Positions 46,649 through 55,868 of a stretch of DNA of 64,000 nt are shown here, piece after piece. A model generated the notes under the pieces. The model had not been told where the DNA came from and searched no databases. It was given only the letters and a program-made list of their open reading frames with translations. Position 1 is the first letter of the stretch. Each line of letters opens with the position of its first letter. The position numbers were made by a program, and so were the translations under genes. Origin of the DNA: an uncultured Hyphomicrobiales bacterium (GTDB lineage: Bacteria > Pseudomonadota > Alphaproteobacteria > Rhodospirillales > CAYFNC01); NCBI GenBank assembly GCA_964344345.1, contig CAYFNC010000006.1:30894-94893 (forward strand), in the 5' to 3' direction.

Positions 46649-47317
46649 CTAACCTCCGGCTTTTTCGATCAGAATGTCCAGCAGGGCTTCCTCGGCCCCG
46701 TCCGGCTCCCCGCCCTCGAAAATCCGCTCGCCCGCAAGCCAGCGCGTCTCGGCGTCCGGGGCTTCGAGGACGGTCCGGACCGCGTGGTTCAACTCCACCG
46801 CTCCCCGATCCAGTCCCAACGCCTTCATGGCCGCCCACGACGCCGCGTTGGCCGAGGCGCGGAGCAGGTCGAAGGCTTCCAGCGACGGCGCCTCGCCGTC
46901 GCCCGCCTCCCACGCGGTCCGGCAGGACTCGGCGGAAAGCGACGCCAGGGTCCTGCACGCGATGGGGCGATCCTCGTAGACCCCGCACGCGCCGTCTCCG
47001 TTCAGGAACGCGCAGGGGATGCGGGCCCGCAGCCTGGCGTCGGCGTCCAGGTCCCGGGTCTTGTCCGCGACGGCGGCGACGCTTTCCGGGGCGAAGCCCC
47101 GTTCGCGGGCGGCCTCGGCCAGGATCAGGGCCTCGGGGAGCGAGACGGGGACGAAGCTGTGGCAGCACCACCAGCACCCCCCGTGGCAGGCGACGCGCGG
47201 CGTCGATGCGGCTTCTAGGGATTTATCGAGTAGGCGGTTCAGGAAGCGGGCGGCGCGGCGCGCGCCCTTGTCCTCCAGAATGTCCATCAGCATGCGGGCG
47301 AAGGCGGCGGCCTCCAT
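46649..47317 (-). CDS. YkgJ-type (CxxCxxCC) putative Fe-S/zinc-binding protein
   Basis: ACHGGCWWCCH ... CAFLNGDGACGVYEDRPIACR. Start is uncertain; the longest ORF would overlap ggt. Confidence 0.65.
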   Translation of the reverse strand: MEAAAFARMLMDILEDKGARRAARFLNRLLDKSLEAASTPRVACHGGCWWCCHSFVPVSLPEALILAEAARERGFAPESVAAVADKTRDLDADARLRARIPCAFLNGDGACGVYEDRPIACRTLASLSAESCRTAWEAGDGEAPSLEAFDLLRASANAASWAAMKALGLDRGAVELNHAVRTVLEAPDAETRWLAGERIFEGGEPDGAEEALLDILIEKAGG

Positions 47318-47402
47318 GGGCTCGAAGGTGGGGGCGAGGCCGTTGGCGCGGATGCGCTTCGCATGCTTGCGGAGTTTCGTGATCCTTTCGCGCCGTTCGG
47401 TC

Positions 47403-49037
47403 CTAGTCGCCAAGGGCCGCGCCCTCCCGCCTCGGGTCCGCGCCGCCTTCCAGCGCGCCCGCGCGGGCGCGGATCGCGTGCAGGCCACTGGTCATGGATT
47501 TGATGTTCACCTGGTGGCCCATGGCTTCAAGCTTCGCCGCCATGGTCTCGAGCCCGGTTCCGGCCTCTAGCTCCAGCGCGCCGCCCCGGCTTTGGAAGTT
47601 GGCGAGGTCGATGGATTGCTGGGCGTCCAGGCCCCAGTCCAGCGCCGCCACCAGCGCCTTCGCCACGTATCCGATGATGCGCGGCCCGCCGGGCGAGCCC
47701 ACCGCCATCGCGAACCGTCCGTCCCGGTCGAGGACGATGGTCGGCGACATGGAGCTTAGGGGTCGCTTGCCCGGTCCCGGCGCGTTGGGCGGGGCCGAGA
47801 AATCGGTCAGCTCGTTGTTCAGCAGGAACCCGCCCGCCATCAGGCGCGAGCCGAAGGCGGATTCGATGCTGGCGGTGAGCGACACGGCGTTGCCGTCCTT
47901 GTCCACCACGCTAAGGTGACTGGTGGATTCTCCCTTGATTCCGGACGGGACCGGGGCGGGGAGAGCGCGCTCCCCGATCCGGCCCGCGCGGCGCTTCAGG
48001 TAGACCGGGTCGAGAAGCCGTTCCACCGGAACCCGGACCGCGTCCGGGTCGGCCAGGTGCGCCTTGCGGTCGGCGAAGGCCAGCTTACCCGCCTCGGCGA
48101 ACAGGTGCACCGCGCGGGGAGAGGCGGGCTCCATGTCCGGCAAGGGGAAATGGGCCAGCACGCCCAGGATCTGCAGAACGGCCACCCCGCCCGACGACGG
48201 CGGCGGCATGCCGCAGACTCGCCAGACGCGATAGGCTCCGCACACGGGGCGTCTTTTCACGGCGCGATAGGCCGCCATATCCGCCATGGACATGCGCCCG
48301 GGATTGCGGGGCGCGTTCCGGACCGCCGCGACCATCGCCTCCGCAATGGGACCCTTATAAAAAGCGTCCGCGCCTTCGTCCGCCACGCGCCGCAGGGTCT
48401 TGGCGAGCGCGGGGTTTCGAAGGCGCGCGCCCATGGGCTTGGGCGCGCCGTCGTCCGTGAAGAAATATCGCCGCGAGGCCTCGAACGAATTCAGCGCCCA
48501 AGCACTGGAAATCATGGAATGCAGGCGGGGGGAGATGTCGAAGCCGTCCTCGGCCAGACGGATCGCGGGGTCGAACAGGCGTTTCCAGGGCAGGCGGCCG
48601 TGGTCCCGGTGCGCCATCTCGAACAGGCGTAGAAGTCCCGGAACCCCCACCGACAGCCCCCCGGGAACCGCGTCCTTGAACCCCATGCCCCGGAACATGT
48701 CCGTCGTCGCCGTCCGGGGCGCGGTCTCGCGGCCGTCATAGGCTTCCACGGTCCGGGACGCGGCCGCGTAATGGATCAGGAACCCGCCGCCGCCGATACC
48801 AGACGATTGGGGCTCGACCAACGTCAGAACCAGGGCGGTCGCGATGGCCGCATCGGTCGCCGAGCCGCCCGCGCGGAGGATTCCTCGTCCTGCCTCGGCC
48901 GCGAGCGGATTGGCCGCCGAAACCATGTGGCGGGACGCCGTCGCCGGGGCGCTTCCCCCGTTTTCCGCCATGGAAAGCGCGGAGGCGCAGCCGCCCGCCA
49001 GCGCAAGGAACGAGAGGACGAACAAGCGGATGATCAT
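47403..49037 (-). CDS. ggt: gamma-glutamyltransferase
   Basis: Signal/lipobox FLALAGGCAS. GGGGFLIHY ... ESTSHLSVVDKDGNAVSLT ... GSPGGPRII. Confidence 0.9.
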   Translation of the reverse strand: MIIRLFVLSFLALAGGCASALSMAENGGSAPATASRHMVSAANPLAAEAGRGILRAGGSATDAAIATALVLTLVEPQSSGIGGGGFLIHYAAASRTVEAYDGRETAPRTATTDMFRGMGFKDAVPGGLSVGVPGLLRLFEMAHRDHGRLPWKRLFDPAIRLAEDGFDISPRLHSMISSAWALNSFEASRRYFFTDDGAPKPMGARLRNPALAKTLRRVADEGADAFYKGPIAEAMVAAVRNAPRNPGRMSMADMAAYRAVKRRPVCGAYRVWRVCGMPPPSSGGVAVLQILGVLAHFPLPDMEPASPRAVHLFAEAGKLAFADRKAHLADPDAVRVPVERLLDPVYLKRRAGRIGERALPAPVPSGIKGESTSHLSVVDKDGNAVSLTASIESAFGSRLMAGGFLLNNELTDFSAPPNAPGPGKRPLSSMSPTIVLDRDGRFAMAVGSPGGPRIIGYVAKALVAALDWGLDAQQSIDLANFQSRGGALELEAGTGLETMAAKLEAMGHQVNIKSMTSGLHAIRARAGALEGGADPRREGAALGD

Positions 49038-49053
49038 CGGCGGAAACCAACCT

Positions 49054-49335
49054 TTAGCGGGGCGGGAAACGTTTATAGAAATCGCCCCGCCCCCCAACAT
49101 GGCGGAGGATAACGCGATGGCCATTCTCGTCCAGTTCAAGCCCAACGCGAAACCTCCCTATGCGCAGCCGATAGAAACGATCGAAACCGGATAGCTTCGT
49201 GAGGTTGGAAAGGGCTCTCGGGTCCTCGATCCCGTCACGATGGCGTTCGATGAATTCATCGACGCGTTTCTCGACGTCGATGGGGAGTTTCTTGGCGCTT
49301 TTGAGGAATGCGCGGGTGGCGTGGAGGGACCACAT
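49054..49335 (-). CDS. RelE/ParE-family type II toxin
   Basis: 93 aa. FDRFYRLRIGRFRVGLELDENGHRVILRHVGGRGDFY. Confidence 0.75.
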   Translation of the reverse strand: MWSLHATRAFLKSAKKLPIDVEKRVDEFIERHRDGIEDPRALSNLTKLSGFDRFYRLRIGRFRVGLELDENGHRVILRHVGGRGDFYKRFPPR

Positions 49336-49352
49336 GAATTATTCCGGCGCGG

Positions 49353-49562
49353 CTAGGACTTGGCCGCCCGGGACTTTTCCGCAAGGTATTCCTCCGCGGT
49401 CATAAGGCTCTCGTAGCCTTCCCTATCGATGCTGTGTTGGATGGCGGCGGCCAACTCTTCGTCGGCGTCGATTTCTTCGCGGATGGCGGCGAGGCGCCCT
49501 TCAGGAATGCTCTGGAGCCATTCAGCCAAGCCGGGATCGCTGATGTCGAGCGTGATGCGCAT
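49353..49562 (-). CDS. putative cognate antitoxin
   Basis: 69-aa acidic protein immediately upstream of the toxin (17-nt gap). No family motif recognised. Confidence 0.5.
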   Translation of the reverse strand: MRITLDISDPGLAEWLQSIPEGRLAAIREEIDADEELAAAIQHSIDREGYESLMTAEEYLAEKSRAAKS

Positions 49563-50167
49563 GCGCCTTGCCTCCGGAACCTGCGTGATCGCGCGCCATA
49601 ATAGCATGGGCGTTCGGCGGGCGGCAGTCCGGAATGAACGCGCGGAAAACAACGCACTTGCGAACAGTGATCGACGAGAACGCCGCGTCTGCGTAAAAAC
49701 CCTCTGAAATTTCCATGACTTCAAAGAAGCGAAGGTTTTTTTCGCACCTGCGAGAGTTAAGCATATGTCAACCATTCGCCCCTATCATCGGGATCAATGA
49801 AGCAATGAATATGACCGACGGTGGATGAGATGGAAATTCTGACGACAATCGTAATCGCCATGATGTTCATGTGGGCAATCGCCGGGTTTTTGACCTTGAC
49901 CAGCGGCTTCGCCGGGCTGATCCGTTAAACGACGAAGACCCGCGCGATACGCGATAGTCGCGGCGCGGAAATCTTCTCGAGGTGAATCGGTTTTTTCCAG
50001 AAAATTCAACTCGCGAGCACCGGCGCCCCCTCCGGGAGGGTATCCTAACTCATTGAAATATAATAAATATAACTTCTCGCTTAACCATCTCTTGCACTTG
50101 CGAGATAGGCCCCATATTTTCCCCCTTGGATAATTAACGACGATTGCATCGAAGGGGGCCGTTTCTT

Positions 50168-51106
50168 ATGTCCACGCGTCATGAAAGCAAGGTGTTGATT
50201 CTCGGATCCGGGCCTGCGGGCTACACCGCCGCAATTTACGCGTCGCGCGCGTCGCTGTCGCCGCTTCTGGTCAAGGGCATGCAGCCGGGCGGGCAGCTCA
50301 CCATGACCACCGAGGTCGAGAACTTCCCAGGCTTCGAGGAGGCCATCCAGGGCCCCGAGCTGATGGAGCGCATGGAGAAGCAGGCTCTCAACGTCGGCGC
50401 CACCCTGATGGACGACCTGATCGTCGAGGCGGACCTGTCCAAGCGGCCCTTCGTGCTCAAGGGCGACTCGGGCGACGAGTACGCGGGCGAGACCCTGATC
50501 ATCGCCACCGGGGCCAGCGCGCGCTGGCTCGGCATGGAGTCGGAAGAGAAATACATGGGCTTCGGCGTGTCCGCCTGCGCCACCTGCGACGGCTTCTTCT
50601 ATCGCGAAAAGAAGGTCGCGGTGATCGGCGGCGGCGACGCGGCGGCCGAGGAGGCGATTTATCTCTCCCATATCGCCAGCCAAGTCTATCTGGTCCATCG
50701 CCGCGACGAGCTCCGCGCGGACAAAACCCTGCAAAAGCGGGTGTTCGACAATTCGAAGATCACCATGGTCTGGGACTCGGTTCCGGACGAAATCCTGGGC
50801 CAGGACATGCCCCCGGGCGTCACCGGGCTCCGGGTCAAGAACGTCAAGTCCGGCGACACCACCGACATCGACCTGGACGGCGTGTTCGTCGCCATCGGGC
50901 ACAACCCGAACACCGAGCTGTTCAAGGGCCAGCTCGACATGGACGAGCAGGGCTACCTGATCACCAAGCCCGACAGCGCCGCCACCAACATCGAAGGCGT
51001 GTTCGCGGCGGGCGACGTCCAGGACCGGCATTTCCGCCAGGCCATCACGGCGGCCGGCACCGGCTGCATGGCGGCTTTGGAGGCCGAACGGCTCCTGACC
51101 GAATAG
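50168..51106 (+). CDS. trxB: thioredoxin-disulfide reductase
   Basis: ILGSGPAGYTAAIYA ... redox CATCDG ... VIGGGDAAAEEA ... GVFAAGDVQD. Confidence 0.95.
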   Translation: MSTRHESKVLILGSGPAGYTAAIYASRASLSPLLVKGMQPGGQLTMTTEVENFPGFEEAIQGPELMERMEKQALNVGATLMDDLIVEADLSKRPFVLKGDSGDEYAGETLIIATGASARWLGMESEEKYMGFGVSACATCDGFFYREKKVAVIGGGDAAAEEAIYLSHIASQVYLVHRRDELRADKTLQKRVFDNSKITMVWDSVPDEILGQDMPPGVTGLRVKNVKSGDTTDIDLDGVFVAIGHNPNTELFKGQLDMDEQGYLITKPDSAATNIEGVFAAGDVQDRHFRQAITAAGTGCMAALEAERLLTE

Positions 51107-51137
51107 AAAGGGTCGGCGCCGTTCCGGAGGCGCGATC

Positions 51138-52052
51138 ATGGACTGGGACAAGCTCAGGGTCTTTCACGCCGTGGCCGAGGCTGGGAGCTTCACCCACGCG
51201 GGCGAGGTCCTGCATCTGAGCCAGTCCGCCGTCAGCCGCCAGATTGGCGCGCTGGAGGCCGCCCTCGACGTCACCTTGTTCCACCGCCACGCCCGGGGCC
51301 TGATGCTGACCGAGCAGGGCGAGATCCTTTTCGCCGCCGCGAAGGAGGTCTACGGCCGCCTGTCCATGGCCGAGGCCATGCTGTCCGAGCGGCGCGAACG
51401 CCCCTCCGGCCCCCTTCGGGTGACCACCACGGTGGCCTTCGGCTCGGTCTGGCTGACGCCCAGAATCAAGGCGTTCCAGGAGCTTTACCCCGACATCGAC
51501 GTGTCCCTGGTGCTGGCGGATTCGGAATTGGACCTTTCCATGCGCCAGGCGGACGTGGCCATCCGCATGATGGCCCCACGCCAACCCGGCCTGGTGCAGC
51601 GCCGCCTGATGACCATGCGCCACGACATCTACGGCGCGCCGGAGTACCTGAAGCGCCATGGCGTGCCGCATCGTTCCGAAGACCTTGACCACCACAAAAT
51701 CGTGGTCTACGGCGACGACGAAACCGCGACCGACCTGAACTGGCTGTTGCGCGCGGGAGCCAGGAAAGGGGAGGCTCGGCGCCCGGTGCTGCGGGTCAAC
51801 AGCGTCTACGGCATCTTCCGCGCGGTCCAAAGCGGGTTGGGGCTCGGCGCGCTGCCCGACTACATGAGCCTGGAGGCGGGCAACCTGGTTCATGTCCTGC
51901 CCGAGCTAAGGGGGCCCAGCATCGACACCTTCTTCGTCTATCCCGAAGAGCTTCGGAACTCGAAGCGGATCGCCGTGTTCCGCGACTTCGTCATGGGAAA
52001 AATCGACGAGGACGGGCTGGCCCCGTCGGCGAGCCATGCGCGGGACGCATAG
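51138..52052 (+). CDS. LysR-family transcriptional regulator
   Basis: LRVFHAVAEAGSFTHAGEVLHLSQSAVSRQIGALE. Confidence 0.9.
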   Translation: MDWDKLRVFHAVAEAGSFTHAGEVLHLSQSAVSRQIGALEAALDVTLFHRHARGLMLTEQGEILFAAAKEVYGRLSMAEAMLSERRERPSGPLRVTTTVAFGSVWLTPRIKAFQELYPDIDVSLVLADSELDLSMRQADVAIRMMAPRQPGLVQRRLMTMRHDIYGAPEYLKRHGVPHRSEDLDHHKIVVYGDDETATDLNWLLRAGARKGEARRPVLRVNSVYGIFRAVQSGLGLGALPDYMSLEAGNLVHVLPELRGPSIDTFFVYPEELRNSKRIAVFRDFVMGKIDEDGLAPSASHARDA

Positions 52053-52234
52053 CTGAATTTCCGAAACCGTTCTGGTCAGCGTACACCCCCACGATTATTT
52101 ATGCGTTCGGCGGAGTTGAGAGGCAGTTGCATTCCAATTTCGCGCTCCGGGCGGACGCCCGGAAGGGGCCCGCATCCACCCTCCCGGAGGTCCGGGTCCC
52201 ACGTCTCCCAGACGTGAAGCCTCCCTATAACCTT

Positions 52235-52267
52235 GGCCGGAATCCAACGGGTTCCGGCCCTTTTTTT
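52235..52267 (+). terminator. strong rho-independent terminator in the lysR-dinB intergenic region
   Basis: Stem GGCCGGAA / TTCCGGCC, then C and T7. Confidence 0.65.
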
Positions 52268-52489
52268 CAATATGTTATGGTGATGTTGCGTGGTTTTGAC
52301 GAAGAAAATACGCACATAGTTCTCCACTTGTGGGCGCGCCGTGGGCGCAAATCAAGAATTTCAGTGTTTCATTTAGATGTTCGGTCCCCGTGCTTCACGA
52401 CGCGCTGGAATGGGTTGCCGAACGTTGGATGAAAGTGAGGCTTCGATTACGTTTGGCGCAAAGTGCTGGAGATCGGAAAGAGCTTCGAG

Positions 52490-53659
52490 ATGGCGACGCT
52501 TTGCAGGAAATGTCTCCGCCTCTCTTATGAGGGCGCCGGCGTCTGCCCGGGGTGCGGGTCGAAGATGACGGTTTCCCATGGCGAGCTGACGACATTGGAC
52601 ATCGCCCATATCGACTGCGACGCGTTTTTCGCCGCCGTGGAGAAACGCGACAACCCCAGCCTGCGAAACAAACCCGTCCTGATCGGGCGCGACACGGGAC
52701 GCGGAGTGGTGGCGACCGCATGCTATGTCGCCCGGCGATACGGCCCCAGATCCGCCATGCCGATGTACCGCGCGCTTGAGCTCTGCCCGGGCGCCGTGGT
52801 CATTCCGCCCGACATGGCGAAATACAAAAGGGTCGGCGGGCGGGTTCGCTCCATCTTCCTGGACGCGACCCCGACCGTGGAGCCGGTCTCCATCGACGAG
52901 GCTTATCTGGATCTCACGCAAGACGAGCGACGGGATCCGCGCCCACCGGCCGTTCTCCTCGCCGAGATCGCCGCGCGGGTCGAACGCGAGGTCGGCATCA
53001 CCGTGTCCGTCGGTCTTTCCCACAACAAGTTCTTGGCGAAAATGGCCTCCGACCTTGAAAAGCCGAGGGGGTTTTCGGTGATCGGCCGCGCCGAAGCCAG
53101 ATCCTTTCTCGCTCCGCTGTCGGTCAGAAAGATTCATGGCGTCGGCGAAGCCACCGCCAAGCGCATGGCCGAGGGCGGGGTGGACACGATCGGCCAACTC
53201 CAGCAAATGACCGAGACGGAGTTGGTCGCCCAGTTCGGGAAGTTCGGGCGGCGGCTGGCCCAGTTCGCCGTCGGCGAAGACGACCGGAAAGTCACCACGG
53301 ACCGCCAACGCAAAAGCGTCAGCGCCGAAACCACCTTTCGTTCGGACATGCGCTCGGCCGAAGATCTGTGCTCGGCCCTACGCCCCCTGTGCGACAAGGT
53401 CGCGACGCGTCTGGTTCAAGGGGAAATAGCCGGGCGAACCGTTGTCGTGAAACTGAAGACCGCCGATTTCCAAATCCACACCCGGAACCATCGAATGCCC
53501 AACCCGACCCAAAGGGCCAACGTGATCTACGAACATGCGGCGCCCATCATCGCTCGCGAGGCGGACGGTCGTAAGTACCGCTTGATCGGCGTCGGGGTCA
53601 GCGATCTTCGCCCCGCGGCCGAGGCGGACCCGCCGGGATTGTTCGACGGACTGGATTGA
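52490..53659 (+). CDS. dinB: DNA polymerase IV with an N-terminal Cys4 extension
   Basis: MATLCRKC ... CPGCGS, then IAHIDCDAFFAAVEKRDNP ... SIDEAYLD ... SVGLSHNKFLAK. Confidence 0.9.
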   Translation: MATLCRKCLRLSYEGAGVCPGCGSKMTVSHGELTTLDIAHIDCDAFFAAVEKRDNPSLRNKPVLIGRDTGRGVVATACYVARRYGPRSAMPMYRALELCPGAVVIPPDMAKYKRVGGRVRSIFLDATPTVEPVSIDEAYLDLTQDERRDPRPPAVLLAEIAARVEREVGITVSVGLSHNKFLAKMASDLEKPRGFSVIGRAEARSFLAPLSVRKIHGVGEATAKRMAEGGVDTIGQLQQMTETELVAQFGKFGRRLAQFAVGEDDRKVTTDRQRKSVSAETTFRSDMRSAEDLCSALRPLCDKVATRLVQGEIAGRTVVVKLKTADFQIHTRNHRMPNPTQRANVIYEHAAPIIAREADGRKYRLIGVGVSDLRPAAEADPPGLFDGLD

Positions 53660-53697
53660 GCCATTTGTCATGAAGCCTCCAATCCTTTTTTCCATCC

Positions 53698-55617
53698 CTA
53701 CCGCCGGAACCTGGCGTCCGGCGGAGGGAAGACGATCTTGCCGCCGTCGGCGGGCAGGATGGCGATTTCGGTGGGAACGCCGTTCTCGTCCAGGACGACT
53801 TGGCCGAGCGCGCTCATGTTGGCGAGCCTTCGGGGCTTCAATCCTTCGGGCCTGCGGGCGCGGACGCGCATGCGGCGGCGCTTGGTCAGAAGGTTGAGCG
53901 GGGAATCGCTGCCGTAGAACCAACGGTTCAACCGGTCGAACCAGCGCAGCAATCCGTGGGGGAATTCGTTCTTGAACCCGCTGCAGGTGATCTGCCAGAT
54001 GTCCGGGCTGGTCTTGGCGAAGCGGATCTTCACGTCGTAGACGAAGGAGTAATGCACGTCGCCGGACAGGATGACGAAGTTCTGCGGCGTCTTGGTGTGG
54101 CGGAAGATGTTGAGGATCACGTTCGCCGAACCGGGATGCGCCATCCAGTTCTCGGCGTCCACCAGCAACGCGTGGCCGAAATAGGCGAAGACGCGCTGCA
54201 CCGTCTCGATCAGCTTCACCCCGAAAATCGGCGCGGGCGAGACCATCAGCACGGCGGGCTGGTCCACAAGCTCGCCCTGAAGCTCGGAAAGCGCCTCCCA
54301 GTCCATCAGGCCCGACGGCTTGGACAGCGACGTTTCCGACCACCAGCGGCGCGTGCGCGTGTCCATCACCACCATCCGAGGCGACGTGGGCAGGGTGTAA
54401 TGCCAGCCATGAAAAGCGAAAAGGGCCCCGACCAGCGCGTCGCGGGGCTCCCCGCCCGGGCCGTCGAGGCCGCCACGGACCGCGCCGACGAAATCGTCGT
54501 CGAAACGGTCGGGGTCGTTTCCCCATCCCTGGAACAGCCAGTAGGCGATGAGCGCGTTGCCGAGGATTCGGCGCGAGAACGGATGGCCGTAGGCCGCGTC
54601 CTCCCATCCGCGCGTCAGGTTCCAGTCGTCTGTGACGTCGTGGTCGTCGAAGATCATGTAGACCGGAACGTGGGCCAGCGCCCGCCGCACCCGGGAAAGC
54701 CCCTCGGCGAAGCCTTGCACATGGGGCAGTTCGGTCTGGTAGGCCTCCCGATGCTTGGCGGCGACGTCGTCGGGGTCGAGCCGGATGTCGCCCCAAAGGG
54801 CGGGCGACCAGACCAGAAGATACATGCCGCACAGCTCCCGAAGCGCGATCAGGTGGTTCTGCGCGGTTTCGGCGGTGAAGATGGGCTTGCGGACGCCGCC
54901 GAAGAAGCGGTCGCGAAGCGCCTTGTTGGCCTTGGTCGCGGGTAGAAGCTCCTCGCGGCGGTAATAGCAGCATTGGTGGCCGAGCAGGCTTTCGCTGTCC
55001 GGAACCTTCGCGCCGTCAAGCGCTTCGTGGAAAAGGCCGACCCGCGCCGCCGCCTGGTGGATCGCCGACAGCATCGGCCCCGCCACGTCGTCGCAATAAA
55101 CCTGGTCGCCGGACAGCGTCAACAGCGCTGGGCGGGAGTTGGCGTCGTTCAGGCTTTCGCCAATGGCCTCGTCGACCCTGAGCAGCGCGTCCCCGCTTTC
55201 GTAATGGGGCTTGCGGCACGACCCGTGCAGAAAACGATCGAGGCGAACGTGGATGGCGAAGCTCGGCCTGCGTTCGTCGTCATAAGTCAAATCGGGGATT
55301 AGGTCCTTCAGCGAGGCCTCTCCGCTCGGGGTGGCGGCGATCAGGTCGTATTCCAGCATTTCCCCCGTGGGCAGCGGCTCGGCCGGGCGGAGGTCGATCA
55401 ACTGGACGAAGGCGCGCTCGCCGATGCGGACGCGGCGCGCCGCAGCGCCCTCGATGGTCTGGGAGAAGAACGGCGCGTTTTCGCCTCGTCGGTAAAGGCA
55501 TGCGCGGAACGTCGCCTCCTCGCTGACGGCGAGCCAGAGCACGACGCGGTCGGGCGTCACCCGGCGAAGGATCGGCCCCGCGATGATAAGGGGGAGGGGA
55601 CCCGGGTCGGGGTTCAT
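53698..55617 (-). CDS. PhoD-like / calcineurin-type metallophosphoesterase family protein
   Basis: LTLSGDQVYCDD ... MIFDDHDVTDDW ... ILSGDVHYSF. Confidence 0.6.
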   Translation of the reverse strand: MNPDPGPLPLIIAGPILRRVTPDRVVLWLAVSEEATFRACLYRRGENAPFFSQTIEGAAARRVRIGERAFVQLIDLRPAEPLPTGEMLEYDLIAATPSGEASLKDLIPDLTYDDERRPSFAIHVRLDRFLHGSCRKPHYESGDALLRVDEAIGESLNDANSRPALLTLSGDQVYCDDVAGPMLSAIHQAAARVGLFHEALDGAKVPDSESLLGHQCCYYRREELLPATKANKALRDRFFGGVRKPIFTAETAQNHLIALRELCGMYLLVWSPALWGDIRLDPDDVAAKHREAYQTELPHVQGFAEGLSRVRRALAHVPVYMIFDDHDVTDDWNLTRGWEDAAYGHPFSRRILGNALIAYWLFQGWGNDPDRFDDDFVGAVRGGLDGPGGEPRDALVGALFAFHGWHYTLPTSPRMVVMDTRTRRWWSETSLSKPSGLMDWEALSELQGELVDQPAVLMVSPAPIFGVKLIETVQRVFAYFGHALLVDAENWMAHPGSANVILNIFRHTKTPQNFVILSGDVHYSFVYDVKIRFAKTSPDIWQITCSGFKNEFPHGLLRWFDRLNRWFYGSDSPLNLLTKRRRMRVRARRPEGLKPRRLANMSALGQVVLDENGVPTEIAILPADGGKIVFPPPDARFRR

Positions 55618-55868
55618 GAAACGGCTCCGTCCGCTATCTGGTTATCGATTTCGCATCGACAACGGCCTCGGCGAAAATAATCGTGCTTCCGCCAGGGACA
55701 GTCCAGCCCTGTTTGTGATCCCGGTCACGGCGAGGTGCGGAGGTTTGGGTAAACTGGTCCTCGACAGCCATACGGTTCCCTCCAAGCCCCGCGCCGCCTT
55801 TTCCCCTCCCTCCCCCTCGAACGGCGCGGGGCTTCTAATTACCCGCTTCGAATTCCCCTTCGCGTCCG

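Noticed and set aside
49830-49928. 32-aa hydrophobic mini-ORF (MEILTTIVIAMMFMWAIAGFLTLTSGFAGLIR) in the lower-GC spacer next to the RelE pair
   Set aside because: It could be a small membrane peptide or type I toxin-like. However, it has a weak ribosome-binding site and no supporting conservation evidence available here.
52076-52327. 83-aa minus-strand ORF in the lysR-dinB intergenic region
   Set aside because: It has an implausible composition and no ribosome-binding site. It overlaps the hairpin and terminator structures that are read more sensibly on the + strand.
52379-52434. LexA-box-like direct repeats upstream of dinB (GTTC-N7-GTGC at 52379-52393; GAAC-N7-GAAA at 52420-52434)
   Set aside because: Each deviates by one base from the alphaproteobacterial GTTC-N7-GTTC / GAAC-N7-GAAC consensus. 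Such near-matches are expected by chance, so they are not called as features.
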